Positions 51,147 through 63,735 of a DNA stretch of 64,000 nt are shown here, piece by piece. Each line of letters opens with the position of its first letter. Position 1 is the first letter of the stretch. Below the pieces are notes generated by a model. It did no database searches. It saw only the letters and a list, made by a program, of their open reading frames with translations, and was not told the origin of the DNA. The translations under genes and the position numbers were made by a program. Source of the stretch: Lama guanicoe (taxonomy: Eukaryota); assembly GCA_013239625.1 (NCBI GenBank), contig MU053482.1, positions 124,001-188,000 on the forward strand. Direction: 5' to 3'.

Positions 51147-51208
51147 AGCTGAGGCAAAAGATGCAGGGGGTGAGGCCCCCAAGATCTGACATAGGGACAC
51201 TGGTCCCC

Positions 51209-51214
51209 AATAAA
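51209..51214 (+). terminator. Polyadenylation signal of C11orf42
   Basis: AATAAA 63 nt after the stop codon. Confidence 0.75.
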
Positions 51215-51621
51215 CATCAACTGCTGCCCCCCCTAGGCCCATGCTACTTCTTCCTGTGGGGGTCTGGAGGAGGAAAGGCCCACATTTCTTCCCTAGGTTT
51301 CATGTCCCCTCGCCCTCTAAAGGTGTAAGAAGTGCCTTGAAACTTGGCATCTGGTCCTCACCAGAGAGAAAGTACCCTGACCACTTCCCAATCTATGTAC
51401 AACTTTCTTGGAGCCCCGGCCCCACAGAAAAAGGGAGGGAAGGAAGAATGAGCACAGAATAGAGATTTCCCTTTTATACGTATTGCAACAAGTTCTCCAG
51501 AAAACATTCATCGGAAATAAATTAAAAAGTCCTCTCGCCACTGCCTCCAAACATAAAAAGGAGCCTACACCCTGGCCCCCAGCCCAGGCCACTCAAGGCC
51601 CTGATTGTCCATGGAAGAAAG

Positions 51622-51983
51622 TTAAGGATTGAGGGCCCCAAAGCCTGAGACAGGAGGGCCAGATCCCTCCTCTGAAGTATCCAACAAGAAAGGCGAGGTG
51701 ACAGCATGGGCCTGGGAGATGGCAGCCAGCTCCTTGAGAAACTCAGGGAAAATGACTGCACAGTAGACAGCATTCTTGACTCGCAGAGCCTCACCTTGGC
51801 GCTCGGGGGCCCCGCCTCGGTGGGGCAGGGCCGGCGTTGAAGCCCCCGGGGAGCCCCCACCTAGGCCAAGTCCTGCGCCGTCTCTCCCAGGCGGAAGAGC
51901 CAGCTGCGCCGCCTGCCGAGCCCTTGTTGGACTGTGTGCGTGCCGCAGGAGCAGCTCCCCCAAGGACGGCCTCCGACTCTTCA
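51622..51983 (-). CDS. FHIP1B: FHIP1B (FAM160A2) last coding exon (VKSRRPSLGELLLRH...GFGALNP stop)
   Basis: Acceptor ttcccag|TG, phase 1; RVKNAVYCAVIFPEFLKELAAISQAH motif; TAA at 51624-51622. Confidence 0.93.
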
Positions 51984-52229
51984 CTGGGAACAAACAGGAG
52001 TGTTGTGAAGGTGCTGGGTCAGGCAAAGTCCCCCGCCGCCCGGCCTGGGAGAGGAGACTTCCCCGTACCCCTCCAGGTTCATGGACTTCTCGACTAGGAC
52101 CTACACCAAAGTACTGCCTGCCCAGCCTTCTTCCCTCTGTCCAGCCTCCCCGCCAGCCAACCACCATGCTCAGTCTTTAGTCAGTCAACACTTCAGCCGT
52201 TCATCCCCAGACAAGACCCCCTCCTTCTC

Positions 52230-54420
52230 CAGGCCCCTTCACCACGAGGGATTCTCTTAATGCTCCTCCCTTTCCAATCACCATTCTACCATGGCCAAGC
52301 TCCTTCTCCTCAGTCTGCAACATGCCCTTACCTCTTGCTTCCCAGCACCCTCCTGAATTAGGGTCAAACACTTCCTCTCTCCCCCGCCTGTCTGTAACAC
52401 CTGACCCACATCCTCTGCTCCTTCAGTACCCACAGGGCCACGTACACAATCATAGTTCAGTGACTATCAGATCTGCCACACACGACTGTTCCTCCAAGAC
52501 CCACTCTCCTGTGCCAGCACTTTACCTTCCAGCAATCCCTCTCCTATATCCGCCAAAGCCACCTTCCCACCAGGTGTGGCCAGACAACTTCACATCAGCT
52601 TAGACTCAAGTGAACCATTTAAAATACTGCCTTCTCACCTCTAATTTTCTGCCTGGATCTATGCCCAAGGTCTAGGCCCTAAACTCTAGGTATCCAGTCT
52701 CTAGATCATGACATGGTTCCTATTCTCAACCTCTAACACTGGCTGCAGAGACATGCTAGAAAGATCTATTAAATTTAGCATTCAGGGCCCCTACCAACCA
52801 GGTTCACACACTTCCTCCACCCTCTTCTCACAACTTTCTACAGCACCCCCTGCTTTGGCTCCACACCCACCTTCTCTTCCTGGGACTCTTCAGGCTCTTT
52901 TCACGTTTCTGTAGCCCCTTCTGCCTTAATTTTGCTCTCCCCACTACTTTCGTCCTTGGCCTAATTTCCCCACCCCCACCTCTCGGTGAAACCTCCTCTA
53001 GCTTGCCCTCCACTAACTTCCCATTTTACTGCCCCGCATTGTAGTAACTTGTTCTCATGTTTTCTACAGCTTTTACTAATCTGTGCGCTTAAGGGCTTGG
53101 ACTCTGTCTTATTTGTCTTTATATTCCCGGGCCCCCCACAGTGAACACGTACCAGGACAGTGGAAGCAGGAAATACTCACAGTACTGGACTGTGAGAAAC
53201 TCATACTAAGGAACTTCAGCTGGGTCTTCACAGCTATACAAATAGCCCTTCTGGTACTCTCTTTCCAACTTATATACACTTTTCTCCTTAAGCTCCCATC
53301 TCACCTCTGCTCTCTTGCTCAGCCAATTACTTTTGCCTCTTACTCTGATTAGCAAATAAAGTATGACTTCAATTCCCTAAGCTTCCCCTCCACACCCCAA
53401 ATCTTCACTGGTACATATCATTTCCTCCTTTGATCTCTCCTCATCTGCCTCAAAGAAAGTAAAAAAACCACCTTTTCCTGTCCAATGTCAATCCCTTCCT
53501 AGGGCTCTGGATCTCATTTACTCCCAGCACCTTTAAGACTTTGCTCCTTCAGTTATGACAACCCTCCAACCACTGTAGAGATTATCAGCTCTTTGAAAGC
53601 AAAGATCTCATCTTGTACCTCCCCGAGCCCCCTGTACCAAAGACAACACCTGGTACACTTGGCAGGTATGCAGATACTTGTTGATGAAAGATAGATTTAA
53701 AACTTCACAGCCTTATTTAACTCTTCCTTCTTCCTTATACTTCATAACCACTCATCAAACTCTGCCAATACTTCCTTCCCATTTCTACCATATCAAATTC
53801 TTCCTTTCTATTTCCATGGTTCTAATTCAAGCCTTACAGGTCACACCTGCAATATGACAGAAGCCTCCCGATTGCTCTCCTAACTCCATTTTCTCCTAGC
53901 TCCAACACACCCAGCATATGAACTGGCATACTTCTCTCTCCACTCCCAGATCTAAGAACCCCCAGTGGTTTCTCTCTGCCTAAAAATTCGTAACTTCTAT
54001 CCAGCTCAACTTCTACTCTGAGAACCTTCTGCTCTGGTCAAACCTTTCCAGTCTTACTACCAACTGTTCCACCACCTTCTAAATCCCCTGCTCCAACTAA
54101 CAGTTCATGTTATTACCTGAAAAAAAAGAATAAAGCCATCCCACTCCTTTGCCTACCCAAGTCCTACCCATCTCCCAAGACCCACGTCAAATGCCATGTC
54201 CTTTACCAAGCTGTAACACTATCTCAACCTAGAGACGATTCTGTTCCCTTGACTGTCCCCCACTTCTAGAGTAGTTTTGTTGATACTACTGCTTTGGCTC
54301 TTAGTGGACAGAACTATGTTTTATCCTCTGACCAGAAGCCTGAGGACAAAATCAAGACTCCATTTTCTGCAACTCCCCGGTTCCTGGCACAAGGCATCAA
54401 CTTTAACAGGAACTCAATGA
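52230..54420. mobile_element. Cluster of L2 remnants in the last FHIP1B intron
   Basis: Pyrimidine-rich decayed L2 motifs such as gactttgctccttcagttat and cctcccgattgctctcctaactcc. Confidence 0.5.
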
Positions 54421-54478
54421 ACCTAAGCTAATTAGTTGTCCATGGAAGACAGGGAGTGGGTGGCAGGGTAGGCCTCAC

Positions 54479-54641
54479 CTAGGGAATCAGAGCGGCGGGG
54501 GGCAGGTCCTGCTGGAGGGCCCTCAGTCCAATCCAACTTGCCACGGGCAATGAGGTACTTCTTGGCTTTGGACAGCAATGCTGGGAAGTCCTCCTGCGAG
54601 GCCGCAAAGCTCTCAATCTTATTCTTCACAGAGCCCAGCAC
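54479..54641 (-). CDS. FHIP1B: FHIP1B exon, 163 nt (VLGSVKNKIESF...RRSDSL)
   Basis: ttcatag|GTG ... CTAG|gtgagg; phases consistent with neighbours. Confidence 0.93.
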
Positions 54642-54803
54642 CTATGAAGCACAACTTCATGACATTTCTGGGTGGCTCTAGACTGACACAGTCCCTTCTA
54701 GTCCATTGGTCTTGTTTCCAGCCCCCCCCCCCACGGCCACTCCAGCTGCGGGCCTGGCCCACCATGGAGCCTGGACGCACCCATGCATGCATGCATGGCA
54801 CAC

Positions 54804-54982
54804 CTGCAGCAGGGACTTGACACTGGGCTGGAAGACCATGTTGGTGTTGAGCAGGAAAGAGCGGAGCAGGGGCTGGGGGTGACAGGCCAGCTGGGCCACC
54901 AGCCCCGTCAGCAGGAAGTTGACATAGACGGAGTTCTGCAGCATGTTCTCGAGTTTGGCAAAGAGCACAGCCATGAAGGGGC
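54804..54982 (-). CDS. FHIP1B: FHIP1B exon, 179 nt (GPFMAVLFAKLENMLQNS...SVKSLLQ)
   Basis: ccccag|GC ... CAG|gtgtgc; conserved FAM160 C-terminal domain. Confidence 0.93.
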
Positions 54983-57426
54983 CTGGGGGGTGGGCACAAG
55001 GATACAAGGCCTGAACACAATGCACGTCACACTCATTCCTCCCAAAAACAAGAGACCCCCCACCACCAACCAGATGAAAATTATTTGTATGTCAGTCTCC
55101 GGGTAGGTTTAAATATCCTGTGACCACCTATTCTGGAGGAGATAAAATGGCAGATACCACAGGGACCCACAAGAGGTCCAGAGGCCAGCTTTATACACAT
55201 CTGAGCTGAAGGGGCAGACCATAGGCTCTGGAATCAGAAAGACCTAGTTTTCAAATGTTAGCTTTACCGTTTACCGTTAAGTTACTAGATGAATCAAAAC
55301 TCTCCAAGCATAGTTTACTACTTGGTAAAAGAAGAAAATATACCCACCTCATAAGGTTATTAAGAGAATCAAAGAGGTATTGATATACAGCATTTAGGCC
55401 AAAATCTAACAAATCATAAATATTTAATAACTATAAGCTATATAATATTTCTCAGTTTTTTAAAAAGCTTCACTCAAGAGGACAAGTGAAGAAAGAACAA
55501 GTAAGAAAGTAATTAGGCCAAAAGAAGAAATCAGGTTACACACGAGACAGAGGATAACGCTAGACCTGGGTCAGAAAGAAAGCAAGAAGCAAGTGCAGCA
55601 AAGGCAAAGAAGGTGACGATATCGGCTGGCTTAAAGTCAGAGGAGCGATCGGGTCTGTGAAGGAACTAGGAGCCAAGACAGTGGAACAGAATCTATAGTA
55701 GAGGGAGCCTAGTTCAGGGCCAAACACTGTTTCAGGGAAGACTCCTTAATCGGGAAGAAGATAACAGAAGAGATGAGAATGATGTTCTGGAAGAACTAGC
55801 CTCAACTGAGTAGATCACCAGCACTAGGACTCTGGAACCATCACAGCCTGTCTGCTCAGGGGTCTGGTGGGAGAAGGGAGTGTGCCTAGGAACTGCACTA
55901 TGACTTGAGGCAGGAGAACACTGACAAGCAAGGGACACCAAATCCTGAAAAAGATCCTAGAACATTCTCCATTCCCTATGCACAGGATTAGCTTTAGCTC
56001 TTAAACAACTCTAGCTCAGCAGGGTCCTAAGATATTCCATAACTTGGTCCTTCTCATTTCCTGGGACTTTCTTGTAAGAGAAAAGGCCCAGATGAGTTTA
56101 CAAAGAAGAAAAAGGGGGGAGCTTTAATTAATGCTTCGAGAACATGGTAAAACCAGCACACTGCCTTCTAATGAGATACAGCAGGAGAGAGCAGAGGCTA
56201 AATAAAGGGAAAGAGATATTTCACGCAGTCTGTAAGAGGGAGTTGTCACGACTCCCAAGCCGAAGGTCTGATGCTGTACATGCAGGATGCAGCATATCCC
56301 AGGCCCAGTTAGGACACGTATTGATCAAGGCATGATAACTTGACTACAAACAACAGGAAGATGGGTGGTTGCCTTGGCCAACTTGTATCTGTCATGCATC
56401 CAAGAGATGATAATCCTAGTAAAAAGCTACCATGTGCTGACTTCTCACAACGTACCAGCATCACAAGGAAGTGATTTACATGCATCAGTGACATAGATGG
56501 GATGCGGAACTCAAGGTATGTGTAGTCCAAAGCACTACACTGCTTCCCAAAAGTGCCCCCTCCCCCCAATGCCCAGCCAGCGTGAGGGCTGGGCTGGGTA
56601 AAGCTGGCTCTCAAACAAAAACAAAGAGCAGTTAACCCAACCACTCAGGCCAGTTGGAGTTCTAGAGTCTTTCAAAGAGGCAAAAAGAACTTAGCTAGGG
56701 GGCTCAGGGCCATGCTTTGTCATTTGCCCTGACAGATGTATTTCACTGATCCGATTTATCCAGACAGAGGTATTTTACTCGACCTGCTTAGTTCTTACTA
56801 CTAACCATAAACCCTTAAGAAAGCCTTACTGAGAAGTCATGGCAAGTAACAAGGTACAAGGATAGGGAACAGGAGAAACGTGAAATTGAGTCCTTCTTTG
56901 AAGAGGCTGAGAAGAAGGAGGCCAGAGCTGAGGAGGGGGTAGAACGCCAGACAGCTGACCCCGGTTCACTGAAGAACTGAGAGGAGACCCAACACCCAGA
57001 CAGGTAGACTGGTGGGAACAGCATGGAACAGCATGGTTTATAGGTGCCTCACATACAGGACAGCACATATGTCTTCCACATATATCGCTGTGATTTACCA
57101 GAAACACCAAACACAGAATAATCCGATCACACATCCCAGGAAATGGCCAGACTGGGGAAGAGGAGGAACATGCACATAGGACAGATATACAAAGCTTAGT
57201 CATAAATCAATACTCGAACCAGCACAAGCATGGAAGACGTACAGACAGACACAGAGACACAAGTATGACATGATATGGATCTGGAGGGGACCCAAGCAAA
57301 ATGGATGAGGAGCTAGGCAAGTACAGAGGAATGACATGGCCAAGAACTGGTCTCAGAAACCAGCACAAACACATCAAGAACATGCAAAGGGTACACAAAG
57401 GAGAAGGCCTAGGCTAAGTAGCTTAC

Positions 57427-58206
57427 CAGTGAAGGGCTGGCTTGGCAGCTGGTTGAGAGTCCGCAAAGGGCTGCTGAGGAAGGGGCCAGGGGGCTCAGGG
57501 GGACAGGTGAAGCTCTCGTAGGCCTCCTCCTCCTCAAGAGGCAGTGCAGGCTCTAGGGGGGGCTCTGAGCCAGCACCCCCATTGCTCAATGCCACCTCCA
57601 GCTCCCGGAGCTCCTGCCCAAAGCCCTCCAGTCCTGCCATGCCCTCGGAGGTGCCCTCTAGCAGTTCCCCAGCTCCCTCCTGTGGCACCCGACGAACCTT
57701 CTTGGCCCCCTCAGGCCACGGTCCTGGCACCCCATTGAGCTGGGGAGGGGGCAGGTGGCCGGGGCCCTCTCTTCCACCCCCAGCCAGCCCCCCACTCCCC
57801 AGCTCTTCCTCCTCCCCTTCCCCCGCATTGTCCCTGTCCTCCTCAGGCAGTAGGCTGCGTTTCTTAGTCCGGGAGCCAATGGGACTGGGCTCAGGAGGGG
57901 GCCGCTCGCCATCATAGGGGGCAGACCAGGTACGGCAGGCTTGGACACAGTGGTCCACACCACGGCGCGCCTCACGCAGATACTCCAGGTAATTGTCTTC
58001 CAGCTCACCAGGCTCCTCTGCGGGGCTGGGCCGTCGGCCGGGGCTGGAGGCTGGGGATGCAGCAAGCCCTGGTGAGCGAGGGGCTGGGGCTGGGGACTCG
58101 GAGCCACCCAGGCTCTGCTGTCGCAGGAAGAGGGCCAGACGAGATGGCGTGGAGGGACGGGGCACTGTCACTGCAGAAGAGGAGTCAACACTTGGGCTTC
58201 CAGGGC
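57427..58206 (-). CDS. FHIP1B: FHIP1B large exon, 780 nt (GPGSPSVDSS...ELEDNYLEYLREARR...PSQPFT)
   Basis: ccctgcag|GC ... ACTG|gtaagc; within ORF 57374-58264. Confidence 0.93.
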
Positions 58207-58647
58207 CTGCAGGGGGGAAAAAATGTAAGAAGGATCCAAGAGACAGAGGTGTGGGAGGAAGCATAAGACAGCTAGGGTAACTAAGAGAGAAGGCAACAAA
58301 GCGGCAGAAACATGGGACCTATTCAGACAGCTGACTCTCCACCCTCCAAACCTACTTTTACTCACCTACCACCCCCTCTCACCACCACTGACAGCAAAGA
58401 AACAATGGAAACAGAAGAGTCCAGGACGGGAGTGAAGAAGATGAACAGCTTTGCTCAGAAGCTGAATTTCTCTGGTGGAATTAAGGATCCACCCTACAAC
58501 ACCCCTCATGGACCTCCCCAAAGATGGAATGCCCCTCATGGTTACCTCCCTCCTCCCACCCTAGCCCCTACTTCTTGCGAGGCTCTCCCAGAACCCAGGC
58601 CATACCCGTCGTGTCCTCCCTTCTCCCTGCCTCTCTGCTAGGCCCAC

Positions 58648-58811
58648 CTCGTGCCCATGAGGCATGCTCTGGACAGGGTGGGCTGGAGGCACGGTGCCGA
58701 CAACAGCGTGGGATTAGAGAGAGAAACTTGTCTGCTGCTCGTCCATATAGGTCCACATCACGCACAGCTGGTTTCTGGCTCAGCATCACATGGTTACATG
58801 GGACAAGATAC
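58648..58811 (-). CDS. FHIP1B: FHIP1B exon, 164 nt (YLVPCNHVMLSQKPAV...HASWAR); alternative donor extends it to 58606
   Basis: ttcccag|G ... CGAG|gtgggc or ACGG|gtatgg (42 nt longer, in frame). Confidence 0.9.
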
Positions 58812-59014
58812 CTGGGAAAGGCAGCAGAAAAGGGACACAGGGTAGATCAGGAAGGAAGGACAGGGCTTGGGAGAACATCAGTAGAACTACATGGCTAAGC
58901 CAGGCTTCAGGAAGAAACACATGAGCAACCCCAATACAACCCATTGCCCCAGCAATGCACAAGGGCCCTGAGGGTTCCAGATCAGCCATCCCTCAGCCCT
59001 GCTCCCACAGGTAC

Positions 59015-59094
59015 CTGAGAACCAGCTGCAGCAGGACATCCTCACAGCTGAGGTTCAGTAGGGTCCTGAAGAGACTCAGAGAGACCATGCAGAG
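59015..59094 (-). CDS. FHIP1B: FHIP1B exon, 80 nt (LCMVSLSLFRTLLNLSCEDVLLQLVL)
   Basis: cccccag|CTC ... CAG|gtacct; absent from the ORF track; phase 0 in, phase 2 out fits neighbours. Confidence 0.92.
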
Positions 59095-60001
59095 CTGGGG
59101 GGGTGGGGGAGGAGGGAGGGAGTCACCATAAGAGCTCTCTACCCTCCAAGATGTTTACCAAATGGGAACCCCCCAACCCTAGGCCCAACCAATCACTCCT
59201 GGAGCAACAGTATGCACAGGGCCTGGCTTAACATTCAAATAGTGAAAAAATGATCACATGATCTTCGTGGGCAAGACTTTATTCTTCACAGAGAGGAATG
59301 AACCATGTGTCAAATTAGACCACCACATGTCAGCAGACTCTCTGGCTACATATTCCTGGCAGCAGAGATTCCAACAATACTTAAATGGAATGAATACCGA
59401 CGAAGAGACCCCAGGAAATAGTGGGACTGAATGAACGACTAACAGGAGACAACAGCAGCAGGATAGCTAAGCGAATGCCTGTCTGCAGACTGTAGCAGCA
59501 CAGTAACTGAAGGCCTACCAACGAGAAACCAGAGGGAACCTGGAAGAATCCCAGCTGGGAAGTGGGCGGGGCTGTGAACATGGAATCTGAGTCACCTCTC
59601 CAACACCACTGTATTTCTCAGATGGTAGGATAAAGAAAAGTTCAAGGGCAGCTGACGGGAAAAGGAAAAAATAAGGTGGGTCCAGTACAGGGGAAATCTT
59701 TTGTTTTTGAGAAGTAAAAAGAGAACAGGCACACGTAGGCTCTCCCTCACTCCTCTGAATCCCCACAGCACTTTCTCTATACTTCCCTGGTGGCAAGTAT
59801 GCCTGGAGCTCCCTGAAGACAACTACTGGGTCTTAGTGTAGGGCACCACCTGCACGTCATTTACAAAACAACTGTAAAAGCCAATCATAGTAGAAAAGAG
59901 ATGAGATAGTTCACATTTTGGACAGGATGGATGTTCAGGAGGTTTATCCTAAATGACCAATTTTACTAACAATGAAAACATTCAGACTCACTACACGGCT
60001 G

Positions 60002-60586
60002 TGTGATAGGCAGAAAAACTGCCCGCCTCAGACGTCCAGGTCCTAATCTCTAGAACCTGTAAATATTTCATCTTACATGGCAGAAGGGACTTTGCAGGTA
60101 TGATTAAGGTTATGGAATTTGAGATGGAGAGAGTATCCCGGATTATCCAGGTGTGCAATCAAATCACGTAAGTCTTTAAAAGCAGAAAACCTCTTCCAGA
60201 TGGGTCAAAAAGGATGAGAGATTTGAAGCATGCGAGGGGCTTGATCATCCACTGATGGCTCTAAAGATGGAAGAAGGGGTCACAGGCCAAGGATTTGGTT
60301 GGACTCTAGAAGCTGGGAATGGTCCTCAGCTGACAGCCAGCAAGAAAACAGGAATCTCAGTCCTGTAACTACAATGAAATAAGTTCCACCAATGACCCAA
60401 CTGAGCAAGGAAACAGATTTTCTCTTAGAGCCTCAGGAAAGGACACAGCCCTGATGACACTGATTCTAGCGGAGTGAGGTCCATATCAGATATGTGACTT
60501 ACAGAACTGTAAGATAATAAATCTATGTTGTTTTAAGCTACTATGTTTATAGCAATTTGTTATAACAGCAATAGGAAAGTAATACA
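60002..60586 (+). mobile_element. MaLR solo LTR (MLT1D/E-like), antisense to FHIP1B
   Basis: Starts tgtgataggcag, contains ttacatggcagaagggactttgcag and tacagaactgtaagataataaa, ends aggaaagtaataca. Confidence 0.85.
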
Positions 60587-61599
60587 GATACTCAGGCACT
60601 CAGACTGGGTGCCCAACATGATTCACCCGAAGCCACAAAAGACAGGCTACAGCAGTTACACAGGCCAACAGAACCCAGCTTAAAAGGACCAAACAGGGGA
60701 AAGGAAAGCATCTGCATGTTTACCATGGCATCCTGAAATCAGAAGAGACCTGGCTCCTCTAAGAACCGGGAACAAAGAAGAAATACCCCAGGAACATGAA
60801 AGGCTCCTGAGACCAGAGGACCAAATGTGACATTAACAGAAATAAAAACTACACAATAAGGGAAAATCAAAGAAGTCAGGATAAGATTAAGACAAAAACA
60901 AGATGGACAGAGCCCAGCAGAAGGGGAAAAAAAAAATCAACCCTAAGAAGGAAATCAATGTTCCTGAAACACAAACAGGACATTCCAAGAGGCCAGATTT
61001 AAGACCATGGTCTGACTTCAGCATGATGAGAATTAAAATTTTAGTTTCGTAAAATTAAAACTTTGACACCTACTTCCTATTGGTTTACACCAAAATTCTT
61101 AATCCAAGGCATGTATCATATCACATTTTGGAACACCGTAAAAGCACATATGCCTTGGACCTACTCCCAAAGATTATAACTCAAGAGATCTAAGGCAGAG
61201 CTTAGAATTTGTTGTTGCAGTTGTTATTTTCAAATTTTAAAGTGTACACTTAGTTCAGAAACATTGGTCAAGTCAGAGTGAGTCTACAGTATCTCATATA
61301 TACCCTGACTCAGCTATTCAGAAACCTCACCTATACAAATCATAGCTCTTTCAGAGCCTCACCTACCTGGAACCCTACAGCTAGGTTCCTCAATTATCTA
61401 GAGCAGTTTTCTCGAATCCTCAGTGATCCAAGAACTTCTATTTTTAACACAAGGACCCAGAGAACCTCAATTATTTGTAAGAAAAGAAGGAAACAAAAAT
61501 GGTGCCAGAGCCAGAATAAATGCCATAAATTCCATGGCTAAACTAAGGCTTTATTGCCCTAAGAAAGACTTACTACTTAGAAACAATTTACTCCTATTT

Positions 61600-62080
61600 T
61601 ATATACATTTTTATTGGTAAAAATCCAAACTTACCATGGTCCACAAGCCACGCATGATCTGAATCTCACCTCCCTTTCATTCTCCCCTCTGCTCACTACA
61701 CCTCCAGTCACACTGGTCTTCATTTCTTCAAACACATTAAGCTCGTCCCCCATTGACGTCCTTTGAGTGCACTGCTCCCTCTGCCTAGACTGTTCTTCCA
61801 CTTGCTCTTCAACAGGCTAACTCCCTCACGACCTTTAGGTCTCTACCAATGTCACCACCTCAGAGAGGCTTTTTGACCACCCTATGGTTTTCTAAGCACC
61901 CTGCTGGTTTTTTCATAACAACTTTCAATTATTCTAGTTATATGCTTGCTTATCTACTTCCTCTGTGAAGGAAGCTCCATGAAGTCAGCAACTACTGTTT
62001 CCCATCATATCCTCAGTACCAGAGAACAGTATGACACATAGTGAACATTCAGTAAAAATGCTCAGGAGGAAGGAATGTAA
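61600..62080. mobile_element. L2 fragment
   Basis: ctgctccctctgcctagactgttcttcc ... aatgtcaccacctcagagaggcttt ... aagctccatgaag motifs. Confidence 0.65.
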
Positions 62081-62556
62081 TTGGAAGGTGTGCGGATGGG
62101 TACCCCAAGTTACAGCAGCTCAAATGCAGCAAATCCAAAGGGAAGAGAAGGTAAAAATACTAGTAGCACCTGGACCACGTATCAGAGCAGACACAAAATG
62201 TGAAGAAGAGATCTCAGGTCACCCACAGCACGCCACAGAGCGCTACACAGCTAGAGAGAACCCCAGGCCAATGCTACATTACAAGTGTCGCACAGATGCA
62301 AAACATGTAGCCCCGATGAGCAGCCAAAGACATCCAGGAAAGGTGACTGTGTGATTCATGTATTATAAAAGCAAGTAGGCACATTAAAATTGTACCCAAA
62401 ACAGTTAAGTTTAACACTAGAAAGAAAATGCCACCTAACTCTGAAGTAATTGCTGGAGACAAAGGCCAAAGAAGGGCAGGAACACCCTCCCAGAACAAAG
62501 GTCAGAGAGAGAAGATGGCTCACCCAGGTAAGCCAGGGCAGAGGTAGGGGCCATAC

Positions 62557-62724
62557 CCGGGAGTTGCTGCCAATACGGGCAACAAGGGTGTCAAGGATGG
62601 TGTGGGTGTCATGCCGGTGTAACAGCAGGAATCGCAGGAAGGTACGGAGCAAGGCAGGCTCTGAGATACTCCGTAGGAAAAGTTCCAGATAGGCGGTACT
62701 GGCGATCATCTCCTCCACAGAGGT
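62557..62724 (-). CDS. FHIP1B: FHIP1B exon, 168 nt (TSVEEMIASTAYLELFLRS...IGSNSR)
   Basis: gtccag|ACC ... CGG|gtatgg. Confidence 0.93.
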
Positions 62725-62935
62725 CTGGACGAAGGGAAGGGAAAGTTTGGAAATTTAGGGCTTCCCCACATATACACTGAGCCACTTTCCCTAAGTTCTA
62801 ACAAGGTAACTAGGAGCAGACAGGGAAAAAGGGAGAAGTACACGCCCCACAGCCTCCCACATTGATCCTGGCATTGAGGGGACCATCCCTCAGCCTAATT
62901 AATCCCTTAATCTGCCTTCCATCCATGACTCTCAC

Positions 62936-63022
62936 CTTGTGCAGGGCAGGGCCCATGACAGGCACCAGGAACCCATTATGGATATAATCAACCAGCTGCT
63001 TTTGCACCAGGGGGTGAGCCAC
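62936..63022 (-). CDS. FHIP1B: FHIP1B exon, 87 nt (VAHPLVQKQLVDYIHNGFLVPVMGPALHK)
   Basis: cctacag|GTG ... AAG|gtgaga. Confidence 0.93.
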
Positions 63023-63214
63023 CTGTAGGGGTGCAAGAGAGAGGGTGGAGGATTTTGAAGGGGACCACTGTCTGGAAGGGAGTAGAATGGTATAGTACGC
63101 GTAGGTACCCTATCTCCCAGATGGCAGAAAACCAGAACTCTGGGGAATGCGCCCCCTCCCACCCATCTCCCCAGAATGACCAAGGCCCAGCCTTCCTGGG
63201 AACCCCAATCCCAC

Positions 63215-63373
63215 CTGAATGACTGCATTGCAGAACTCTAGGGAACTCATGAAGAGCGCAAGGGCTGGCACTCCCAGCCAGTCCTCCCGTCGCAGGCAGT
63301 GCCAGTCATCACCTGGAACTTCAATCTTTCGGGGCAGTGAAGAGTACAGGGCACTCAGCCCTGTGGCCAGCAC
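63215..63373 (-). CDS. FHIP1B: FHIP1B exon, 159 nt (VLATGLSALYSSLPRKIEV...LEFCNAVIQ)
   Basis: cccccag|GTG ... CAG|gtggga; conserved FAM160/RAI16-like domain motif. Confidence 0.93.
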
Positions 63374-63735
63374 CTGGGGGCCATCCCCAAGGACACGTTA
63401 CCAAAGGCTCAGACCATATAAAAAGGGGGAACAGAGAACTATTAACTCAGTCTTTATGAGAGTAGAGGGAAGAGCTATTACCAGCAGATATTTAGTTACC
63501 CAAGGTGCCAAGACATCATGTGGAACGCTGGCCCATGAAGAGCCTTCATACCTGCCTTATACACATAAGCCCATGGTTCATCCCCACCCCAACTCCAGGC
63601 ACTGCTTTCAAACCTGAGGGGCTACTTCTTGAAAGAGAAGACCCTGGTACATAGCCCCTCCCCATCTCCTGCACAGCAAGGTGCTGCCCAGTGTCTGCAC
63701 GCCATACCCTACCCCCCATCCCAGGAGGTGCTGAC

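Noticed and set aside
56819..56979. Protein-like + frame (KREIESFFEEAEKKEARAEE) antisense to FHIP1B
   Set aside because: No in-frame ATG and no convincing acceptor; E/K/R richness follows from the purine-rich strand opposite a pyrimidine tract.
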